From the NCBI GenBank assembly GCA_943356415.1, contig CALREW010000001.1:16528-80527 (forward strand): a DNA stretch of 64,000 bases, in the 5' to 3' direction. This document shows, piece by piece, positions 57,518 to 64,000 of the stretch; position 1 is the stretch's first letter; every line of letters starts with the position of its first letter. This stretch comes from Candidatus Nomurabacteria bacterium (GTDB lineage Bacteria; Patescibacteriota; Minisyncoccia; Phycocordibacterales; SBAW01). A model generated the notes under the pieces. The model made no database searches. It was not told the origin of the DNA and was given only the letters and a program-made list of their open reading frames with translations. A program made the position numbers and the translations under genes.

Positions 57518-58027
57518 ATGGATAAGAAAATAATAATCGGCATAGCGGTCGTGGTGGCTGTTGTGGTTGTCGGGTTTTTTATGTGGAAATTTATGGGCAC
57601 TAATACGACAGGAATGGAGCAAGAAAATACGAATGCCCCGCAGAATGCAGAACAGGCGTCAGGAACCCCGGCAGTTGATGTCAAAGACCTCGGCGGCGGT
57701 CTCTTTGTTCGCGACGTCACGGTTGGTACCGGAGCTGAAGCGGTAAACGGCAAGCGCGTGTACGCAAAGTACGTCGGACGTCTCACGGACGGAACTGTTT
57801 TTGATGCTTCCGATTTGCATCCAGAAACAAAAGACAAAGGATTCTCATTCGTACTTGGACAGGATCAAGTTATCCAAGGTTGGCACAAGGGTATTGTCGG
57901 TATGAAAGTCGGCGGTCAGCGTCTCCTTCAGATCCCGCCTGAGTTAGCGTATGGTGCGCAGGCTAATGGATCAATTCCTGCAAATTCGACGCTTATTTTT
58001 GCTATCGAACTCCTCAAAGTAGAGTAG
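57518..58027 (+). CDS. FKBP-type peptidyl-prolyl isomerase
   Basis: Y.GRL.DG.VFD, VIQGW, IPPELAYG, IPANSTL. Confidence 0.93.
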   Translation: MDKKIIIGIAVVVAVVVVGFFMWKFMGTNTTGMEQENTNAPQNAEQASGTPAVDVKDLGGGLFVRDVTVGTGAEAVNGKRVYAKYVGRLTDGTVFDASDLHPETKDKGFSFVLGQDQVIQGWHKGIVGMKVGGQRLLQIPPELAYGAQANGSIPANSTLIFAIELLKVE

Positions 58028-58038
58028 CTAGAACTCGT

Positions 58039-58144
58039 AAAATTGCCGCACCTACATTGTTGCGGAGCCTAAGCCAGCCGCTCGTCCTATACTTGATAGG
58101 CCTCGCGGCTGGCTTTTCCGCGCCGCGTATCTGCAGCAATTTTT
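58039..58144. repeat. ~105 bp imperfect palindrome (REP-like)
   Basis: AAAATTGC...GCAATTTT outer arms; AAGCCAGCCGC/GCGGCTGGCTT and CCTAT/ATAGG inner stems. Confidence 0.65.
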
Positions 58145-58437
58145 CAAGTTCTGGTTGCTTCAAACGCCTGTATGTAAGAACTTGAAATGAACATGGCCGT
58201 CAAGAAGACGGCCAAGGTGGATGAGAAGAAAGCGGAGAGAGAAGAAAGAACGAAATTGATAGGTAGAGTACGGAGGATGGAAGAGGGGAAAGTGGCGAGT
58301 GTTGAGGGCGAAGAAACAGCACGCCAGACTTTCACACCTCTTCCACTCCGTACCTACCTGCGCCCACTAAACCCTATAACCAGGCATAAACGGATAAGTT
58401 ACATTGCGTCGCAGCGTCTCGTCCGTATACTGCAGCT

Positions 58438-59676
58438 GTGGCAGGAAACTCCTTTCGCATAGAAAAACGTGGCCCCGGACGCGCCCGCGCGGGCGTACTT
58501 TCGACCCCACATGGCGATATCCAAACGCCAGCATTTACTGCAGTTGGAACTAAGGCGACCGTTAAGGGTCTTACGCCGACACAATTGAAAGATGCTGGAG
58601 TCCAAGTGCTTATTGCAAACACCTATCATCTTTACTTGCATCCAGGAGAAGCGACGGTTGAAAAACTTGGTGGGCTGCACGACTTTATGAGCTGGCAGGG
58701 GCCGCTTATGACCGACTCTGGCGGCTTTCAAATCTTTTCGTTGGGCTCTGGTTTCGGCAAAAAGGTTTCAAAGTTTACTCCTGAGCAAGCGTCGCCAGAG
58801 GAGGGTGTTGCGGTTTATAACGATGAACTTGCAACGAGTCACGGGAAGCTTGCTGTTATCGACGACGAAGGTGTCTCTTTTACCTCGCATCTTGACGGCA
58901 CCTTGCATCGCTTTACTCCAGAGCGCTCAGTTGAGATACAACACAAGCTTGGTGCAGATATTTTCTTTGCATTTGACGAATGCACTGCGCCAACCGAAAC
59001 CTACGAGTATCAAAAAGAAGCCATGGAGCGCACACATGCGTGGGCTAAACGTTCACTTTCGGCACATCGTCAAAATACCGCTGCCAACCAAAAGCAATGG
59101 ATATACGGCATCGGACAAGGTGGACAGTTTGACGATTTGCGCCGCGAAAGTGCTCGTACGATAGGAGCAATGGGATTTGACGGCTTCGGACTCGGTGGCT
59201 CGTTTAGTCGAAAATACGGAGACAATTCACTCCAGTCAGCACTCGACATGCTATCGGAGCTTCCTGCTGACATGCCAGTGCATGGGCTTGGTGTAGGTGA
59301 GCCTGAAGACTTGTTGCTTGCGGCCGCGTGGGGCGTCGACACCTTTGATTGTGTTACTCCAACGAGAAATGGCCGTAGCGGCAGTGCCTACACGCGCGAC
59401 GGACGTATTAACATCGATGGCGCTTCATACGTGCTCGATTCGGCACCGATAGATGCGGAGTGTAGCTGTTATGCCTGCTCGAACTTTACACGTGCCTACA
59501 TATGCCATTTGTTCCGCGCAAAAGAAATGCTCGGACCCATTTTAGCCAGCCTTCATAACATGCACTTTTTAGTGGAGCTGGTGGACGAGATTCGCAAAGC
59601 AATACACGAGAGCAGGCTCGAAGCCTTTTCAGTGGCGTTTTTGGAACGTTTTAACAAAGGTCGACAGTTGAAATAG
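58438..59676 (+). CDS. tgt: tRNA-guanine transglycosylase
   Basis: TPAF, ANTYHL, TDSGGFQ, DTFDCV, CSCYAC...H zinc site. Confidence 0.95.
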   Translation: MAGNSFRIEKRGPGRARAGVLSTPHGDIQTPAFTAVGTKATVKGLTPTQLKDAGVQVLIANTYHLYLHPGEATVEKLGGLHDFMSWQGPLMTDSGGFQIFSLGSGFGKKVSKFTPEQASPEEGVAVYNDELATSHGKLAVIDDEGVSFTSHLDGTLHRFTPERSVEIQHKLGADIFFAFDECTAPTETYEYQKEAMERTHAWAKRSLSAHRQNTAANQKQWIYGIGQGGQFDDLRRESARTIGAMGFDGFGLGGSFSRKYGDNSLQSALDMLSELPADMPVHGLGVGEPEDLLLAAAWGVDTFDCVTPTRNGRSGSAYTRDGRINIDGASYVLDSAPIDAECSCYACSNFTRAYICHLFRAKEMLGPILASLHNMHFLVELVDEIRKAIHESRLEAFSVAFLERFNKGRQLK

Positions 59677-59875
59677 GTTCGATACACTGGAAACACGGTT
59701 CGCGCGTTGCGTCCGTCTGGCAGGTGCTTTTCAACCTTGCGGCCGGCCAGGATCGTCCGCACTGCGGTCTACGATTTTCACCCTACCGTGGTGTGCGTCA
59801 TCGATGGGATCGGGGGTGGCTCTGCCCCCGGTCCTTTTGCTTTATATTTGCGACAAAAACCGTTAGAGTTCCTTG

Positions 59876-61921
59876 ATGCAGTTTGAACTAACTTCAGAAT
59901 TTGAACCGGCAGGCGATCAGCCAAAGGCGATAGAAAAGCTTGTGGAGGGTGTAAAGCGTGGTGACAGACACCAGACTCTGCTTGGTGTGACCGGCTCAGG
60001 CAAGACATTTACTGCGGCGAACGTCATTGCGCAGATACAAAAGCCGACGTTAGTTATTGCACACAACAAAACACTGGCTGCACAACTAGCCCAGGAATAC
60101 CGTGAGTTTTTCCCGAAAAACGCCGTGCACTACTTTGTTTCCTACTATGATTACTATCAGCCTGAGGCCTATATACCGACATCCGATACGTTTATCGAAA
60201 AAGAAGCGCAAATAAACGAGGAGATAGACCGCCTCCGGCATGCAACAACACAGTCGCTCCTTACCCGTAGTGACGTCATTGTCGTAGCATCGGTTTCGTG
60301 CATATACGGTCTCGGTTCCCCGGAGCAGTATCGCAAAGTCCACCTTGAGCTAACCGTGGGGATGAAGATAACGCGCGCAGAGCTTATCCGTCGTTTGGTC
60401 AATCTTTACTTTGAACGAACTCCTGGAGATTTAAATCCTGGCCACTTCCGGGCCTTAGGGAATATGGTCGAGATTATGCCGACAAACGAGCGACTTATCT
60501 ACCGCGTCAATTTCGTAGGCGAGACCGTAGAATCTATCATCGTTATGGATGCTATTACGCGCGCAGTTATTTCATCGGAGAAGAGCTATTTCCTCTTTCC
60601 AGCAAAGCACTACGTTACGCCAGAAGATGAACGCGACCGGGCGGTGAAAGACATTCAGGCGGAATTAAAGGCGCAGCTCGCAAAATTTGAAAAAGCAGGG
60701 AAAGTGCTTGAAGCAGAGCGTATTAAACGACGCACCAACTATGACCTCGCAATGATCCGAGAGATTGGCTACTGCAATGGTATTGAAAACTACTCACGCC
60801 ATTTCGATGGCCGAGCACCGGGAGAGCCTCCGTATTCGCTCCTTGCATACTTCCCATACAAAAAAGATGGAACGCCAGATTTCCTCACCATTGTTGACGA
60901 GTCGCATGTAACTATTCCGCAGATAGGGGGTATGTATGCGGGCGACCGTTCACGTAAAGAAAACCTTGTTGAGTATGGTTTTCGTTTACCGAGCGCTGTC
61001 GATAACAGACCACTCACGTTTGAAGAATATGAGGAACGTGTTGGGGAGACTATCTATACCTCTGCGACGCCAGGCAATTATGAGCGTGAACACTCGACGC
61101 AGGTTGTCGAGCAGATTATTCGTCCAACCGGGTTACTCGACCCAGAAATAGAAGTGCGCCCGATTGTCAGTGCGGGCGGTTATCCAGGTCAGGTCAAAGA
61201 CTTTCTTTCTGAGGCAGAAAAAGTTGTAAAAAACGGAGGCCGCATTCTTGTCACGACGCTCACCAAGCGTATGGCGGAAGATCTTGCGGAGTATCTAAAA
61301 GATAGGAAATTAAATGCAGAGTACTTGCACAGTGACATTAAGACGATAGACCGTATCACGATCCTCACTGAATTTCGTAAGGGTAAATTCGATTGTCTCG
61401 TCGGCGTGAACTTACTGCGCGAGGGTTTGGACTTACCAGAGGTAGAACTTGTCGCGATACTTGATGCAGATAAGGAAGGTTTTCTGCGTAGCGAAACCTC
61501 GCTTATCCAAACGATTGGTCGCGCAGCACGCAACAGTCTTGGTCGAGTGGTGTTATATGCAGACCAGCAGACCCGTTCACTTGATGCGGCTATTGGAGAA
61601 ACAAATCGAAGACGTGGAGTACAGATGGCATACAACACGAAGCACAGCATAACTCCAACAACAATACGAAAGGCGGTTCGAGACATTACTGACCAGATGC
61701 GTACTGAGCACCAGAAAGCAGTGGGTGCTTTGATGGCGATAGATCGGGAGAGATATGAGAAAGATCCGCAGGCACTTATTGCGGAGAAGCGTGAGCAGAT
61801 GGAACAAGCTGTCGCTGACCTCGATTTTGAGACCGCCGCACTGTTGCGCGACGAGATTTATGCGCTGGAAGGGAAAGAGCCGGTCGGCAAAAAGAAATCC
61901 ACTCGCGGTAAAAAACGCTAG
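59876..61921 (+). CDS. uvrB: Excinuclease ABC subunit B
   Basis: GVTGSGKT, YYDYYQPEAY, DESH, GRAAR. Confidence 0.97.
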   Translation: MQFELTSEFEPAGDQPKAIEKLVEGVKRGDRHQTLLGVTGSGKTFTAANVIAQIQKPTLVIAHNKTLAAQLAQEYREFFPKNAVHYFVSYYDYYQPEAYIPTSDTFIEKEAQINEEIDRLRHATTQSLLTRSDVIVVASVSCIYGLGSPEQYRKVHLELTVGMKITRAELIRRLVNLYFERTPGDLNPGHFRALGNMVEIMPTNERLIYRVNFVGETVESIIVMDAITRAVISSEKSYFLFPAKHYVTPEDERDRAVKDIQAELKAQLAKFEKAGKVLEAERIKRRTNYDLAMIREIGYCNGIENYSRHFDGRAPGEPPYSLLAYFPYKKDGTPDFLTIVDESHVTIPQIGGMYAGDRSRKENLVEYGFRLPSAVDNRPLTFEEYEERVGETIYTSATPGNYEREHSTQVVEQIIRPTGLLDPEIEVRPIVSAGGYPGQVKDFLSEAEKVVKNGGRILVTTLTKRMAEDLAEYLKDRKLNAEYLHSDIKTIDRITILTEFRKGKFDCLVGVNLLREGLDLPEVELVAILDADKEGFLRSETSLIQTIGRAARNSLGRVVLYADQQTRSLDAAIGETNRRRGVQMAYNTKHSITPTTIRKAVRDITDQMRTEHQKAVGALMAIDRERYEKDPQALIAEKREQMEQAVADLDFETAALLRDEIYALEGKEPVGKKKSTRGKKR

Positions 61922-61943
61922 GTGAAGGACGCTATACTAAAGT

Positions 61944-62321
61944 ATGGCTGGTAAACCGCGCATTCTCATTGTCGAAGATGACCCATTTATGGCGGACATT
62001 ATGGTCCGCAAGTTTGGAGATGGCGGATTTGAAGTAATTCACGCGCCAAATGGTGAAGAAGCACTTAAACGTGCTGCAGAGCAAATGCCAGACATCATTT
62101 CACTCGACGTAATGCTGCCGGGTATTGATGGATACGAAGTACTGCGTCGTTTAAAGGCGGACAACGACCTCGCTAAAATACCGGTCATTGTGTGTTCTAA
62201 CATTGGAAACGACGAAGATATACAAAAAGCAAAAGAGCTCGGCGCATTGGACTATTTCGTTAAAATTTCGGTAGATTTCACGGATTTGATCGCAACGTTT
62301 CGCCGAGCCTGCAGCAAATAG
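61944..62321 (+). CDS. Single-domain response regulator
   Basis: ILIVEDD, D.MLP..DG, K. Confidence 0.9.
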   Translation: MAGKPRILIVEDDPFMADIMVRKFGDGGFEVIHAPNGEEALKRAAEQMPDIISLDVMLPGIDGYEVLRRLKADNDLAKIPVIVCSNIGNDEDIQKAKELGALDYFVKISVDFTDLIATFRRACSK

Positions 62322-62446
62322 CCGCTTTCCGCTGACTGCTTTCCGGTTTGCGACCGCTGCAGTAGAATAGGACCGTGCGATAGGGTGTACCCCGCAATAC
62401 GTGCGGGGCAAAACTGCGTTCACCCTATTGTTAATTTCAACTTGCC

Positions 62447-64000
62447 ATGGAGGATAAAATAGTTGTAAAAGGCGCCAAAACGCACAACCTTAAGAACATT
62501 ACGGTTGAGATGCCGCGCAATAAGATGGTCGTCATTACGGGACTTTCTGGTTCAGGGAAGTCGTCTTTGGCATTCGATACTATTTTTGCTGAAGGACAGC
62601 GCCGCTACGTGGAATCCCTCTCTTCCTATGCTCGCCAATTCTTACGTCAGATGCAGAAGCCTGATGTCGAAGAGATTTCTGGTCTTTCGCCCGCGATTTC
62701 CATTGACCAAAAGAGCCGTTCAAATAACCCGCGCTCCACTGTCGCAACCATCACTGAAATTTATGACTATCTACGCATCCTCTATGCACGCGTGGGCAAG
62801 CCGCACTGTTTGGTGTGTGGTCGTCAGATACAAAAACTTTCAAATGAAGAAATACTTCGTTCCATTGTTGACGGCATAAAGAGTAAAAAGCCAGTAAAAG
62901 AACGTAAAGTGATGGGCGTATCCGTTGTAGATGACACCATCCGCATTTATGCGCCCGTTGTAGTCGGCCGCAAAGGAGAGTACTACCAGCTTTTATACGA
63001 CCTCCTCGGTAAGGGATATGAAAAAGTAAAAATCGATGGCAAACTTCACTCGCTACGCGAGAAAGTAGAGCTCGACAAAAATAAGAAGCATCACATCGAT
63101 GCGCTTGTTGATGAAATAGCCGTCGCGGAATTCACCAGTTCAAAGCAAGCGGCACTTGAGCGTCTTTCTGAAGCCGTTGAACACGCACTTGAGCAATCGG
63201 ATGGTCTCTTAAAGCTGGAAGATGCACATGGGGAGGAGCGGCTTATCTCAGCAAAGTTTATGTGTCCGTATGATGGTTTCTCCTTCCCAGAAGTAGAACC
63301 ACGTCTTTTCTCCTTTAACTCTCCGTACGGAGCATGTCCGACGTGTAATGGGTTGGGTACCAAGCACTATTTTGGAGATGAGCCGTGCGATACCTGTCAT
63401 GGTGCGCGCTTGCGCGCTGAAGCACTCCACGTCTTTTTGGGCGGAGACGCTGAAGCAAACGGTTCAGATCCAAAAGAAAAGCGTGGTTTAAATGCCGTTG
63501 AAGCAACATCACTTTCAATAGAGAAGGCGTACGAGTTTTTCTCTGAGATGAAGCTTTCGAAGCAAGATCAAGAAGTATCTAAGGCGATTGTCCGCGAAAT
63601 ACTGGCACGTCTTAAGTTTATGCTCGACGTTGGTATCGAATATCTCACGCTCAATCGCCGCGCCAATACGCTCTCTGGCGGAGAAGCACAGCGTATTCGC
63701 CTCGCCTCGCAGCTTGGTTCGGGTCTGGTGGGAGCGCTCTACGTGCTCGACGAGCCGACTATCGGTCTCCATCAGCGAGATAACGACCGACTTATAAAGA
63801 CGCTTCTTAACCTGCGCGATCTTGGCAATACCATCATTGTGGTTGAGCACGACGAGGACACCATTTTTTCGGCTGACTATTTGATTGATATCGGTCCTGG
63901 TGCTGGCGTACACGGGGGAGAAGTTGTTGCACAGGGGTATCTTGAAAAGCTACTTACTTCAAAGAAGAACGACACCGGTTCAGTCACGCTTGCATATTTG
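62447..64000 (+). CDS. uvrA: Excinuclease ABC subunit A (runs off the window end)
   Basis: [17 protein letters not shown]...[23 protein letters not shown]; [12 protein letters not shown]. Confidence 0.96.
   Translation, partial: MEDKIVVKGAKTHNLKNITVEMPRNKMVVITGLSGSGKSSLAFDTIFAEGQRRYVESLSSYARQFLRQMQKPDVEEISGLSPAISIDQKSRSNNPRSTVATITEIYDYLRILYARVGKPHCLVCGRQIQKLSNEEILRSIVDGIKSKKPVKERKVMGVSVVDDTIRIYAPVVVGRKGEYYQLLYDLLGKGYEKVKIDGKLHSLREKVELDKNKKHHIDALVDEIAVAEFTSSKQAALERLSEAVEHALEQSDGLLKLEDAHGEERLISAKFMCPYDGFSFPEVEPRLFSFNSPYGACPTCNGLGTKHYFGDEPCDTCHGARLRAEALHVFLGGDAEANGSDPKEKRGLNAVEATSLSIEKAYEFFSEMKLSKQDQEVSKAIVREILARLKFMLDVGIEYLTLNRRANTLSGGEAQRIRLASQLGSGLVGALYVLDEPTIGLHQRDNDRLIKTLLNLRDLGNTIIVVEHDEDTIFSADYLIDIGPGAGVHGGEVVAQGYLEKLLTSKKNDTGSVTLAYL

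Noticed and set aside
58144-58462. ORFs in the purine-rich stretch before tgt
   Set aside because: Competing frames on both strands with no motif; could not choose one.
59690-59840. Possible SRP RNA or riboswitch upstream of uvrB
   Set aside because: GC-rich with one hairpin, but no SRP or known riboswitch consensus recognised.

Overview
Bacterial chromosome segment with the hallmarks of a Patescibacteria/CPR (Parcubacteria-like) genome. This is inferred from tandem VirB2-like pilin genes, tRNA genes without encoded CCA, a short IF-2 and -10 boxes directly upstream of start codons. Housekeeping genes include rbfA, infB, clpB, rpmG, miaA, parB, relA/spoT, topA, dprA, serS, dus, dnaX, lexA, a DEAD-box helicase, gdh, tgt, uvrB and a partial uvrA. 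There are eight tRNA genes, a copper-handling cluster and scattered GC-rich genes including pyrE and pyrF. Three features go beyond routine annotation. (1) Six tRNA genes are each followed by a 130-290 bp element: hairpin, antisense copy of a tRNA 3' end, structured core (covarying, with a GCGACGGCGA-type motif in five of them), then a second sense copy of the tRNA 3' end. (2) A 3.9 kb large-serine-recombinase element sits at the 3' end of tRNA-Leu(TAG) and carries an inverted internal copy of its own attP junction, so the recombinase gene and the cargo are each flanked by long inverted repeats (131 bp and 242 bp). (3) A ~280 bp GIY-YIG cassette with 15 bp terminal inverted repeats and an 8 bp direct repeat is inserted exactly at an ATGA stop/start junction. 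All calls are by eye; no database searches were run.
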